The position numbers and the translations under genes are program-made. The notes below the pieces were generated by a model. That model saw only the letters and a program-made list of their open reading frames with translations. It was not told the origin of the DNA and did no database searches. Positions 13,483-26,199 of a DNA stretch of 64,000 nt are shown in pieces; position 1 is the stretch's first letter, and each line of letters opens with the position of its first letter. Source of the DNA: Lama guanicoe (lineage: Eukaryota); contig MU056000.1 in assembly GCA_013239625.1 (NCBI GenBank), positions 11,297,175 to 11,361,174 on the forward strand, given 5' to 3'.

Positions 13483-13665
13483 CAGTGGGTCTCAAGCTTG
13501 AATGTATAAAAGAATTTACTGGAGGGCTTGTTAAATTGAAATCACTGGACCTCACCTCCAGATTTGGCAGAGCTGGAGTGGGGTGGTCTGAGAAGCTGCC
13601 TTTCTAACAGGGTCCCAGGGAGTGTGGATGCAACTGGTCCAGGAACCACACTTTGAGAATTACTG
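13483..13665. mobile_element. MER5A inserted in a MIR/MIR3-like fragment (about 13375-13700)
   Basis: cagtgggtctcaagcttg...tggtccaggaaccacactttgagaattactg termini. Confidence 0.8.
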
Positions 13666-14891
13666 GATTGGTGATGTCTCTGACCACTTCCAGTATTAAC
13701 TTTGAGTGACTGCTTCATGCCCAGCGGCTGGAAGAGCCTGTTTGGAACTTCTGAATGCATTGGCTCTGGTAGGTACGGTTGGGGAAGTGCTACCAGTGTA
13801 CCTTAATAAGAGCAGAAATTTGAATCTATTCAGTAGTGGGAAGGTCCTGGATGTTAGCAGTAGCCCTGAACTAGTGGTGACAAGATTCGAAATGGTTGGG
13901 GTACTGGAGTTTCGCAGCAGGGAGACCACGGCAGTGGGGGTTGGAGGGAGCTGGGCATTCACTTGGGGTGGTGAGTTCTGTATAAATGATGTGACATCCT
14001 ATAAACAGTTTATGTCCATTGGATACAGAAAAAAAGAATAATTCGATTTCACAAGACAGTCGCTGGCCAACCAATACTCTTTGGGTTTCAACCATTAATG
14101 TAACTTTTAATATCAGTGAGAAAAGTGTGCTCAACTGAAAACAAAATTACGTTTGACAAGCTCTGTTTGTATCTGTATCACCCTGTTCTTCAGCAACTGT
14201 GCAATAAATACATGTACACAGACAATATTTACTAAGAATAGGGTTGGCTTTTTACTTTGTTGTCTTGACTCTAAGTGCTCTATTAGTGATTCTGGAAAGC
14301 ATTAAATCCTTGGCTTTTTCAAACTTTACCCACAGTATTATCAAGTTGTTTTTAAGTGCATTTCAGTTCCTGCTATTAAGAAAATCCTTGCTCACTCCAA
14401 GAGCCAAAGGACATGACTTCTAGATGCAGACTGGGAAATGAGAGAAGCACTGATTAACCCGATTTATAGCTATAATTTCTGGGTTGGAAAAATCAAGGGG
14501 TATGGCTGAAGTTTATTTCTGAATATTTAGGAAATCTCATCTGCCTCTGTTGCTCAAGATTTCTGAATTGTTGAAACTTCAATTTTACATTTTCCAAAAC
14601 CCTATAATGTTCCTCAGATGTTCATACCAGACTATTGGCTGAAAACAAGTTTGCAGATATAAACTCTGTGCATCTTAGGAAAGGCTCAGCTTAGAAGAAG
14701 TTTAATTTTGTAATTGAGTGGGTAAAAGTGGTCCTGTGTGTACTGGCAAAAAAAAAATATGATTGAGAAATATCGAGAGTTCCCATCCAAGAACATCTCT
14801 AATTGAAAAATAGGTTAGAGACATTGAAAATATGAATGATCAAGCAGGCATAAAAGGTGAATTTCCAAGGGCTGGCTGGCTCTGCTTAGGG

Positions 14892-14914
14892 GTGTGTGTG
14901 TGTGTGTGTGTGTG
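14892..14914. repeat. (GT)n microsatellite
   Basis: Seen directly. Confidence 0.9.
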
Positions 14915-16820
14915 ATTCTTTCTCTCTGCCCTACAAGTAAAATTCCGTCATCTGCCTATCACATGGGAAGGCTCACCAACAAGTAGAAAGCTTTCAGCAA
15001 ATAGCTATATTTCACCTGGGCAATCAAGCTTAGGAAGCCTCAATTTGTGATTTAACCAAAGCAATTTTTTAAAGGGCCTCCAGGAGAAATCTCCTTGGCC
15101 TTTACCTTCCTTCCTCCATCCAGGTGAACACTTCCCATTATATCTGGAAATAACCAGCTGGCCAATACAAACTCTTAGTCAATTAGAACTAGCCAGACAT
15201 GTGTTATCAACCACTGTATAAGATGTGATGACTAGTTCCCAGGTTGTTTTGAAGACAACCGCTGGAGTAAGCTGAGAAAGCCTGGCATGGAAGTCTGCGG
15301 CACTCCAGGGCCTGGGCCAGAAGAGACGTGTTGCACCTGTTGAATCAACTGCCTTCTGGTTGTCCGCAGTCGTGGAGGGAGAGGTGAGAAAGAGGAGGTG
15401 AACGCTCAGCTTCCAGGCTCCCCCGCTAGCTGGTGGCATTCAAAGCATCTAGTTAATGAGAATTTGGCTTAGGATAAGTAAATTGGCATTTCCAGATACA
15501 CTGAGGATTTCCACAGTTCCGGAATGAGTTATGCAGTGTCTAATCCTAGTCACTGATTTGCCTGTTTCTGAAATCTTAAAGGATTTTCCCAAGACTCAGA
15601 TTTTTTCCCCCCACTAAGTCTAGGTGGTATTTTCAAATATTTCACTCAAATGCATTTCACTTGAAAAATGTAGGCTTCACACATACTATTTAACAATTTC
15701 TTGCATCAAGAGGAAGCAAAAAAAAGAGCAATCTCAAAAATAAATAAACAAATAAAGCCTCATGCTTTTATTTTCTATATTTCTTTCTGCCCTCATGTAA
15801 AAGGAAATATTTGACCTAGTTTTATGATAGCATACCTATACATTTTCAATCAGTGTTAGCTGAAAGCAAATTACCCCTCTTTTCTCTTTTGTTTTCATAA
15901 TCTATTACTTTGTTTGGAAACATTTGGCCTAATCAGTAGTGATGCTTCCAGATGGCAAAACTATCAATAGCAATGGGTTAAAAACAATGAGAAAGGACAT
16001 CCTGGTATTACTTCTCATACACACTGAAGCAGATTATTCTCAGTCCACCCTCTCTGCAAGAGAAAGACGGATTTGAATTGGAGCATTCAATTCTAACAGC
16101 TTTGTCTTGCTCTGGCTTATGCCAGGGATGTGCAGTGTAAATCACAAGAAAAGTCTTGAAGCAAGTAAGTGTTGAGAAAATGGACCATTCTTCGGGAATC
16201 AACATTGGATGCAGATCATTTAAAGCCATATGGCGTAGTTTTACTAGCTGTGCTCTTCTTAACCAGGAGAAAGAAGGGCTCCGAAGATCAAGCCCCCTCA
16301 GCGATACAAGGGTGTCCATTTGTGTGAAGTTGGCCATTTTTAATGACTTACCAACAGCATCTTGTAAAATGTATGACTGAAGTTAAGAGATCAGTTTCCA
16401 GTCTACTTTTCCCCTCCTCTCCAGTGTTTTGATGAACTCAGTGTATTCTTGAGCATTATCTAAAACTAGAAATAACTTAGATGAACAAAAGATAAGAAAG
16501 GGAAAAAAATTTTTAAAGATGTACCAAACGTTAAGAAAAACTGCCTAGATTTTTAAATTATCTATAAAGAATTAGGGTCAATAGTTTGAGCAGAAAAAAA
16601 ATATAAAGATTTCTACATATTTTTTGCTGGTGGAGATTGTTAGAGGTGGGAAGTGTTCCTTTTTGCAGCCGTAGTGCCTACAGAGAATAGGTTAAATGGT
16701 ATTTCTGTGAACCTCAGAAAGTAAATCAGCGTGTGGATTTAGGAATCAGGGATAAATGAACAATAGCTGCCTTGTCATTTCAAATCTGAGTCTGACTCCT
16801 GCTTCAGAATCCTTTCCTAG

Positions 16821-16824
<4 letters not shown>

Positions 16825-16856
<32 letters not shown>
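16825..16856. repeat. (GT)n microsatellite
   Basis: Seen directly. Confidence 0.95.
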
Positions 16857-16858
<2 letters not shown>

Positions 16859-18274
16859 CTTTAAAGGCAAGTTTTGTGGTTAAGAAAAGTTATCATGAGA
16901 AGGTGAAATAATGCAAACCCACAGAAGCCTTTGCCTGGTTCAAGGAGGCCATTAGGAGGAAATTGACGAAAGCTGTGCAGCTCTGAGACCTGGCCGCTTA
17001 GATTCCTTTACTTTTTTTTTTTTTTTTCCGGAATGCTTAAAATTCTTGCTATAGTCCTAGGAGGCTCTTGGACTTCAGACACTAATCCCAAGTAGAGTCC
17101 CAGAGTCCGGAAGACATCAATTCACTGTGACAAATAGAAAGCTGGATTCTGCTCCTGCCAAAACCCTATGTAGATTTATTTTCTCAACAACAACAACAAC
17201 AACAAAACCTTTTACCAGATGCTTTGTGTGGTTGTAATAGAGACACCAGTAACAGACCAGAGTATCAGGGTTTTCCCTGCATTGCAGCTCTGACACCCAG
17301 TGATGGTGGCCAGCGACTGAACGCCTCTTCTCTCGTGAGCAAACTCGGAGAGAACGCCCACTGAAGCTCTTGTGAGGATATAAGTAGGTTCCACGTGTGA
17401 ACACACTTTGTGCGCTCGTGGCGCCCCACAGAGCTTGGAGGACTGAAGGACAGGGCTAAACGGGAAGGAAGCTTGCTTCAGCCAACAGAGCAACTCCAGC
17501 CAGCCCCTTTACATCACATGTCCATTTTCTACTCACAGCTGATTGACTCCAGTTTTCAAATTAACAGATAAGTCAAAATGGTTTCCTTTTCTTCCTGTTT
17601 TTCTCCCATGACATTCTGTTTGGCTTTGTTTGTACCTATTTCACAGTCAAATTATGATGATGATGAGAGAATAGTAAGAAAGAATTAGGGAATCTAAGAG
17701 CCAAGTAGCTGGCAGAGTGAAACACAGAGATAAGCTCGTCTGGGGGTCCCGTCTGTCTAAATATCAGGGCCTCCCTCTCTTTAACATCAAAATATTTTGG
17801 AAATCACCATATGCATTACCCCAAAATCAAATACATGTCAAATGCTTAAAATAGTTAAAAAGTCAGGGAAAAAACATTAAAATACTGTAAGAAAATATAG
17901 CTTAATATTTATATAATTTTGAGGAAGGTAAGGACTTTATAAACATGGCATCAAGACCAGAATTTACAAAAGCAACCATAATATACATAGTTTCGTATCT
18001 GTGTAATAGGTAGATACAGTTATAATATTTTGAAGCTTTTGCATAAGAAACGATTAAGTGAAAATAAAGGTAGAAGAGAAACTGGAAAAAAAAATGTAAT
18101 TGCAACATAAAATTACATAACATCGGGTAACATAAGTGGCAGTATCTTCATTTATAAAAGCTTTTAGAAAACCAAAGAAAGAAAATCCTTTAACAGGAAA
18201 GGACAAAAAAGACTGTTCACCAAAGGAAGGGGAAATACAAGTGATGCCAAAACCTACTTTAAAATGTTTATCTT

Positions 18275-18367
18275 GGGCAGGGAGGGTATAGCTCAGTAGC
18301 AGAGCACATGTTTACCACATATAAGGTCCTGGGTTCAATTCCCAGTATGTCTACTAACAACAACAAA
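18275..18367 (+). mobile_element. tRNA-derived camelid SINE (Vic-1-like)
   Basis: A box tagctcagtag, B box ggttcaattcc, A-rich tail; perfect 14-bp TSD aaaatgtttatctt at 18261-18274 and 18368-18381. Confidence 0.9.
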
Positions 18368-18675
18368 AAAATGTTTATCTTCATCAGTTGTTTAAAAAAA
18401 TGCGTTTTAAACAGCAATGAGACACTCTTAAATTGGCATTGATAAAAAAAAAAAAAGAAACGGTGCTATTCGATGCTGGTGAGTAAAAGAGAAACAGAAC
18501 ATGGTCACTATTGTGCTGCTGGGTAGGGGAGTTGACACTGACTGTCTTCAAGAGCAGCCAGTTGGCCACACACATTCAAACCCTCCACAGGTCAGGCCCT
18601 TTGGTCCAGCAATTCTGCTTCAGGGAAACTATTAGATGGAAATAATCCTTTGTATATGCAGTTATTTGTCTATGG

Positions 18676-18882
18676 GAGTGGTTCCCAACGGGGAATGATT
18701 TTGTCGCCCAGGCAATATTGGTAATGTCTGGAGAAATTTTTGCTTGTCCCAACTTGGGGGGTGGGGTGGGGTGCTGCTGCATTCGGTGGTTGTGGCACAT
18801 TGACAACGCACAGGGAGACCCCCCCAGAAAATAAGAATTATCCAGCCCAAAGAGTTAATAGGATGGAGGCTGAAAAATCCTG
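18676..18882. mobile_element. MER20
   Basis: gagtggttcccaacgggg...aagaattatccagcccaaa...gaggctgaaaaatcctg. Confidence 0.8.
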
Positions 18883-20139
18883 GTGTACATAAATGTTTAC
18901 TCAAGTGACAAATATCCCAAAACAAAGGACTGACTGCAAACATCATGGTGTTTCTGTGTCATAGACCATTTCACAACAATTAAAATGTTACAGAAATATA
19001 TCCATTGATACAGAAAGCTTTTCACAACATATTACCTTTCAAAGCCAGTCCCAAAGCAGGGTGACCCTGTCTTTGATTAAAGACATAGACTTAATTAAAT
19101 ATACCTCTAGCATGGTGTTTACAGGGATTGTCTCCATGTGGTTGGGTGTGATTGCAGGTATTTTTTTCATTTATCTTTATAGCCTGATGAACTTGAATTG
19201 CTTTTATATTAGGAAAAAAATTAATAAAACTAAGTCTGATGAATATATTTTAGAAGAAAATCATATTATGGACTTATACATGAGTTATAATTTTAGTATC
19301 TATTGATTGAGAAAACACATAACAAAGAGCTACTATAATTTTATTAAATCTTTAAAATATATGTTTAGTATCAGAATAGATACTAAGATACTGCATGCTT
19401 TTGAAATATGCTAATGTATGTATTAGCCAACAGATTATTATCTTTTATTGGATTTGTTACAATAATTGTGGTTCCTGCCGTAAGCCAGGAGCTAGACATT
19501 ATGAATTGTTGGCCATCCTATAAAGTGTTTCCAAAGGTGAAGCTACATCGTATACACTTAATAGTTAACTTTCTTAGGCTTTTCCTACTTATGAAATTGA
19601 AATAGGGTTGTGTCAGAAAGCAGAAGCTATTATTATCATTTGTATGTTTATATCATTCTTTTAGTGGCAGGCCACAATTTTAAAGCCTGTTAAAAATGAA
19701 AACATGAAATGTGAATAATATGGGATCTACAATTAACATGAAATCCAGTCTTATCAAATGATTCCATTATAACCTTTTTCACTGTTTATTAAATGTGAAC
19801 CATAGACTTGAAAGGGGACTATGATAATGAACTTTTCATCTTTCTTAGATGTGATTTTTTTCCCTGACTTCCACTGACCATCTTTGAAATAACTTAGTAC
19901 GTGATGTTGACAAGATTCTAAATTTGAAGGAACATTTTTACTTGTACTTAATCAAAAAATAATTATGCTTTGCAAATGCACTTTGTAACATTATTCCATA
20001 TTTTTCTTTCTGGACTCTGTAGTGTATGTTCTGGAAATGTAACTGGTTTGTTATGACCCCAGTCACTTGTTGAATGTTTATAATATGCTATTCTCTCGGA
20101 GGTACTGATGACATTGAAGTCAGTAGATATTAGTTCATA

Positions 20140-20540
20140 TATTCACTCATTCTCTTGTTCATTAACTATTTATTTAGCCACTAGTACATGCCAGGGCACT
20201 GGGAATATGACAGGGAACAAATGCCCTCTTGGGAATTAAATTCTGTTGAAGACTAGTGTCTGATCATGAGGAGTTCAGTGTCTAGTTGAGGAGGAGTCAG
20301 ATATGAAAGAAACTATTTTGGTAACTCCTGTAACTGAGCTTGAGACAAGGTGCTGTCGGAGCAGAGCAACAAGAGATCTAACCGAACCAAAGACAAGCAA
20401 ACCTGAGGGAAGGGTGCCTGATGCACGTGGTCACCTAGATGGAAAGGTAGGCATTTGCTGTGGGGGAAGTGATGGGAAATGGGCTGGCGGTAGAGCTGGG
20501 CATCAGCAGTGGCATGCTGTGCCCGAGAAGGACTGACCTT
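20140..20540 (-). mobile_element. L2 fragment
   Basis: attcactcatt...ttcattaactatttatttagccactagtacatgccaggg (antisense L2 3' end). Confidence 0.55.
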
Positions 20541-22254
20541 TCTCTTTGGAAGATGGAATGTGATAACACAAGAGCCTCAGCATATTAATAAGTGGTATCA
20601 GTCATGAGCCACTGGCTGCCTTAGAAGTGTAGCAGTGCAGAGCCAGCGAGATCTGGGAGATTATTTGTATTTTAAAGATGGAGGAAAAAACTTAGGTCCA
20701 GAAAGTCGCCAAGCAGGTAGGGCAGAGCTGGGAGGCACCTTCTGTCTTCTGCTGGGGCAGGATTCAGCGGCTCTCCTGATCGTCTGAACAGTTTATACCA
20801 AGTTACACACTCTGATAAGACACGTGAATACCACAGCTGAGCATCGTTCTGGGATTGTTCATGTCGTAGAAAAATGGTTAACCATGGCATTCCCTTATAT
20901 GAGATATTAAAGACAGATTTTACTTTACAATACATTGCTTCCATGTTCATTTTCAGACACATCTTTATGGTATAAAACTCACAGTCCATTAATGGTCTGC
21001 ATTTTGGAGATGCAGGAAAATAAGATGAGATGAGAGAGTCCTGGATGAAAGTATTCAGGACCTACCATGTTTTAACTGGGTATCCACTGAGATTTCCCAC
21101 AGGTGCATCACCATCTAATAGAACATAGGAATTAAGCTCTTTAACTTTTTGTTGGAGTTTTCAATAAGTGACAAGTTGTGAAAACTAAGGGATCAGGCCC
21201 TCTGGACTCAGGAACTTACTATTTTGAAGAGCAAAGATGTTATCCCCATAACCAGATCGAGCCAGGAAGGTAGGGACCAAGGCACCTGCAGGAGTTCACT
21301 GCGAGAATTATTCTCTCTGTTGCAGTAATACGGTGGCGAGACTGGGATGGCGAGAGTGGTAGTAATAAGGATAAACTTCACTTATAACTCATAGATTGTC
21401 TGGATCAGTGAGTTTATTGGACCAAAAAATTAACTCCTACATAGCAAAGTATCAAGTGAGAAATATTTTAGCAAACCTGAAATAGGCTAGAAATAGCCAG
21501 AGAATGAAGCAGGAAAAATAACCAGTCATTTGTGTTTCCAAGTGACCATGGACAGTTACAAGAATGTTGCATAAAATGGAAAGTGAAAGAGGTAGGGAAT
21601 GTGAAAATCGTTCATCTTGCCTCTGGACAACCACTTCCCTATCCTGACTGTTTTGTCCATTGTCTCAGTCAGGTACAGTGTGTGCACATGTGAACAGAAG
21701 GAGCAGTTAAGAAGTAGGATTATGCTGATGTTGGAAGCAATCTGTTTCTTCCATTTCCTTTCCACTGCTTCAGTGTTGCTTTCTGAGTAATCTACAGCAT
21801 TAATTTTTTAAGTAGGTAATTTCCTTTTCCCTTTAAAAATAATTGTCTATGACTGTCTTGGTGCCAAAAATATCACAGTTAGCTTTCGGGCAGGAGAATG
21901 CCGTAAACAGGGACTCCACTCTCCCAGAGGTGTTCTTGTGCACGGACAGGGCCCGGGGCTTCGTGGCTGTGCACCTCAGCTCTTCTGGGTCTGCAGAGAG
22001 ATCTGCTTAAGCCCTGTGTCTGGTCTTCCTGGTTCTTCACAGCCTTGAGCTCAGTGAAGTTTGTAACCAAAAGATTTACTAGTTTCAATCCATTGAATCT
22101 CTTCATTTCTGAAAATGTACCATAACTTGCTTCTTTTCCAAGAAATCTCTTAAAAGCAAATCCTAGTTGGAAATTATCTTAAAGATGTTTGAATCACCTT
22201 TTGAAATGAAAGTTCTCCAACTTCCTTTAACAAATGTGGGCTCCCAGTGTTAGT

Positions 22255-22778
22255 ATACCAATACTAATTGCCACATAACGAATTACCCCCAAACTTAGCA
22301 GCTTAATGCAATGCACACTTATTATCTCACAGTTTCTGTGGGTAAAGAATCCAGGTGCAGCTTAATTGGGTTTTTAGTTTCAAGGTCTCAAAGTGTCAGC
22401 CAGGGCTGTGGTCGCCTCAGGAACTGGCCAGAAAGAATCTGCTTCTGGTCTCAGGTCACTGAGGCAGGGTTCAGTTTCTCACAAGCTCTTGGGCTGAGTG
22501 CTCAGTTCCTCTCTGCCTGTGGGTCAGCCGTGGTCCTCAGGTCATTGCCGTGGGGGCCTCTCCAGGATGGCAGCTTGCTTCCTCAAAGCCAACAAGAGGG
22601 AGAGTCAGCTCACAAGACAGAAGTCACAGTGTTTTATGACCTAACCTGGAAGTGACGTCACTTCACCTATGGCAGAGTCTATTGGTTAGAAGCACACTTG
22701 GGGGCGGGGAGGCGGGGTTCCCAGAAGCATGAACACAGGAGACAGGGATCATCAGGAGCCATCTTACAGCTCTGTACA
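22255..22778 (-). mobile_element. MLT1F-like (MaLR) solo LTR
   Basis: aattacccccaaacttagcagcttaa...ctcacagtttctgtggg...ggcagcttgcttcctcaaagc...ggagccatctt. Confidence 0.8.
22649..22664. promoter_or_regulatory. Full CRE in a 16-bp palindrome, overlapping an ETS core
   Basis: GAAGTGACGTCACTTC, preceded by G to give GGAAGTGACGTCAC. Confidence 0.4.
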
Positions 22779-22844
22779 TTGCAGCCACTTTCGTCGTGAG
22801 CAGTTCCAGTCTGTGTATTTAATTTACTAAGTAAATTCAAGGTT

Positions 22845-23050
22845 CTGGATTCATACCTTGACTGGGCTACTGTCACTAGCTCTGTGACCTTGGCTGAGTT
22901 ATTTAACCTCCCTAAGCCTCACTTTCTTCATCTGTAAATGTAAACCTGTAAAATGTGGGTTAAAGGAATGCTTCTTTCCTAGAGTTGTTTTGAAGGTTAT
23001 TCGAGACACTTGTAAAACAGTTAGCATACTGTTCAGAAAATGAAGTATTG
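22845..23050 (+). mobile_element. MIR
   Basis: tagctctgtgaccttggctgagttatttaacctccctaagcctcactttcttcatctgtaaatg. Confidence 0.8.
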
Positions 23051-24369
23051 TCAATATCTAGGTTTTCTGGAATGCTGAAAGGGTTTGTAAAAATGTTTCA
23101 AAATAAATTTTAATTTAACATTTTGGTTGAAGCATATCTAAAATGCATTACATAGAGTCTTCCCAGGTAGTTTATACTAAACAGAATTTTGAGTCTTGAT
23201 ACTTTATGACCTTTATGTAAACTCTAATCTTTGTGTTATTAGATTGTGGCATCCTGGGTGGCTTTTGAGACGTTGGAAGCCATTGCCTCCTTAAATGGCC
23301 CCAGACTGCTCTAACTTTTGAAGGCTCATGCCTGGTTTTAATTTGATTTTTTTCTCTTGCTTTAATATTGCTATCAAGTACATTTCACTGTTATCACTGT
23401 GCTGCACGTAGCAGCCCTTCTCTCTTCCTTTTTTTTTATACCTTTTATCTGCTATGGGTTTGAAGTGGGGGAGTGGTATGTATTGCTTAAAAGATAAAAG
23501 AGTCCCACGTGTGAATCCGAGCCTTCCCTCTTGCTACCTGTGGACTGTGCTTAGCTACAGGTACTTAGCATCCCTGTGCCACATCAGTAAATGTGTGAGG
23601 ATTTTCTAATATGAGAACAAAAGTTTATAAGTTTGGGCATATATTTTGAAACAAAGTATATTAGCATCTGCAAAAATTTTGGTGAATTCTAGTCACTGAA
23701 GTTTTGTTCCGGGATTACATCTAATGACATTTCTGTTTAGTACCAAGAGAATTCCTTGGCTGAAAGGAAAATCATGGTAACTGTCTCTTACTACCACGTA
23801 GGTTACATGGAGTGATTTTCTTTCCCCTGCATCGACATGTTATTGCAACTTGGCTTCCATACATTTCTGTTCTAGGGAAGGTGTTAGACGTCACTTTTGA
23901 GTTGAAAACACATGGTGTTCAGTTTATCCTCGCTAATAACAACTTTAAACCAAAGACTAAGTATGAATGTTTTGTTGCAAGGTGTTTAATAGACATGGAA
24001 AGTGATATTATATGTCACATTGCGCAGATCAGAAGCATGGCAATGTGACGTGGGCTCAGGAACTCACTTTGACCACAAGATTCTGCTTATACAAATCAAC
24101 TAGAGTAAATGAAAATACAAGTATAGAGAGATCTGTTTTTTCATAATTTTCTCATCCCAAAGATTGAATGGCCCCCATTGGCTAAGGGATAAGCATAGTA
24201 TAGGTGAACAATATTAGCAGATATTAAGGTGTAGAAGAAGTAAGAAAGGAAGAGGAAAGAGACAGTAGAGAGGCCTACAGAAGCCACAGATTGTGCCTGT
24301 GGTGAGGAGAGATGGGAGCAGGCACCTCAGGCTCACAGGGGGCTGAGTTATGAATACCAAAGTGAATTT

Positions 24370-24590
24370 TCAATGCAGACCAACTGGATTCAAGCCCTAG
24401 TCTCTCCCTTATCAGTGTGTGGGTTTGGAGAAGTTATTTAATATCTCTACATTTTGGTTTCCTCTGTGAGATAGGATTAACTGTCACATTCACCCAACCA
24501 ATTTCCTTGAGTATTGAATGAGAGACTGAGAATATTAATCTTAGCGGGATGCTAGACACAGTGTAAGTGTTCTGTATGCTTTGTTGCATC
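24370..24590 (+). mobile_element. MIR
   Basis: ggattcaagccctag...ttggagaagttatttaatatctct. Confidence 0.6.
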
Positions 24591-24604
24591 ACTGTAATCT
24601 AGAG

Positions 24605-24978
24605 CAGAAGTTGGCAAACTTTTTCTCTAAGGGATGAAATAGTAAATATTTCAAGCTCCTGGTGCCAAGAGAGCAGAGTAAGAATATTGTGTAGATAGTT
24701 ACATCACAAGAGATAAGGCAAATTTCTACAAAATTTTTGATGACAAAATTAAAAATATAATAATGTAATTAAATGGGATTTTTAAAAAATACGTATCTAC
24801 TAATGGAATTCTTTTGGCAGGAATATAATGTTCCCTTAATTGGGGCTCAAAGATGCTGTTTTGCTATCACCAAACTTTGCAAATGCTCATCCTTAAAGAC
24901 CATTCTTGGCACAAAATTGGGCTGTACAAAAATAGGTAATGGGCAAGATTTGGCTTAGAGCTATAATTTGCTGCCCCA
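24605..24978. mobile_element. MER58-family (hAT-Charlie) element
   Basis: cagaagttggcaaactttttctctaaggg...tagtaaatattt...gatttggc..taatttgctgcccc. Confidence 0.7.
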
Positions 24979-25971
24979 AAACAATTGTTCTCAACTTTTC
25001 TTTTATGGTCTCACCACTGACATTTATCATGCATGACGTTCAGAAATGTAACACACTCCTATGGCCATGACCAAGGTGGCCTCAGTTTCCAGCATAGTTG
25101 CTGTAACCATACCCTTATGTCTGACACACAAAAAAGACTGTATCATGCACAGACTTCTGTACTGTAGCAAACAAACACATAGCAACAAATGACCCAGTAA
25201 GCATCACAAGGGATCATGAGCAGCCATTTTGTTGTGACACCAGGATCTCTAAATGTTCCCACTCTTTAGAATAGTCCTCCAAATTTACAGCCTAAAGCCA
25301 CAATGCACATCTACAAGGGCCTTTCAAAGAAAAAAAAAAGAAATTGTAAGATAGAAGAAGGTTTTTTTTGTTTATTTTTTTGTTGTTTTGTTTTTTTGTT
25401 CGGATGTGCTGAGGATACTGAAATGGAGACCCAATTATGTGCCAGTTGCTACGTAGTTGCTGACTCCTTCCTGAGTTTTAGACCTGTACATCCACCCACA
25501 AGCTAGGTATCTCGGCCTGGATCACCTACAAGTACTTCAAACTGATGCTGTAAAACTGAACTCATTTCTGAGCCCCTACTCCTAATAGTTCTTAAATCTG
25601 TCCCCTGTGAGCCTTTCTAATTACTATTTTCCTGGCCCAGGCTCTCTCACATGACCAGGCTTAAAATGTGCAGTGACTCACCATTTTGACTAGGGGTAAG
25701 TCAAGGTTCCCTAACATGGTCTTCAGGGCCCACGTATTGGGACCTGAACCTGCGTCTCCACTTCCTTTGTGTATATCCTAGCATCATTCAATTCCCTGTC
25801 ATTCTCTGCACATGCCTGTAGTGTTTCTTGCCTCCTTCCTTGCTCCTCCTGTCCCCTTTGCAGATAATCCTCCCGGTCCCAGGTCTGGATGCCTTATAGC
25901 CACCTCCCATCTTTCTGTGACGTCTCCCTTCTCCAGAACTCAGTGGCAGAGTTAGGTTTCACTCCCCTGAA

Positions 25972-26180
25972 CCGGTTTTCCCCGCTATGCGAAAGTAGCG
26001 TGTTCCCATGAAACTTTTTGTAAGTCAAAATGGCGTAAAGTGAAGAAGAAACAATTACCTTCATTGATAAAGGTAAAAATCCTCTTAGGACTTCTTTGGT
26101 TGTGGAAAACAGGTATAAAGTAGGTCTTTGGTAAAAGTGAAGTGGTGTAAAGTGAACTTTTGAAAAGCAGAGGATACCCG
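25972..26180. mobile_element. Tigger-like (TcMar) MITE
   Basis: ~25-bp TIRs: ccggttttccccgctatgcgaaagt versus reverse complement of the right end cgggtatcctctgcttttcaaaagt. Confidence 0.75.
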
Positions 26181-26199
26181 TGTTGCCAACTGAGCCTCA

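Larger units (their letters stand above)
17850..19230 (+). mobile_element. Ancient L1 (L1ME/L1MC-like) 3' region, interrupted by a SINE and a MER20
   Basis: A-rich degenerate ORF2 3' sequence (ccagcaattctgcttcagggaa) ending in an L1M-type tail with aataaa. Confidence 0.55.

Noticed and set aside
13696..14134. Overlapping 87-111 aa ORFs on both strands
   Set aside because: No recognisable domain and no convincing splice-site pair; lengths are within chance expectation.
18275..18367. tRNA gene (A and B boxes), also at 51.4 kb and 56.1 kb
   Set aside because: TSDs or A-rich tails and non-tRNA 3' parts identify them as tRNA-derived SINEs.
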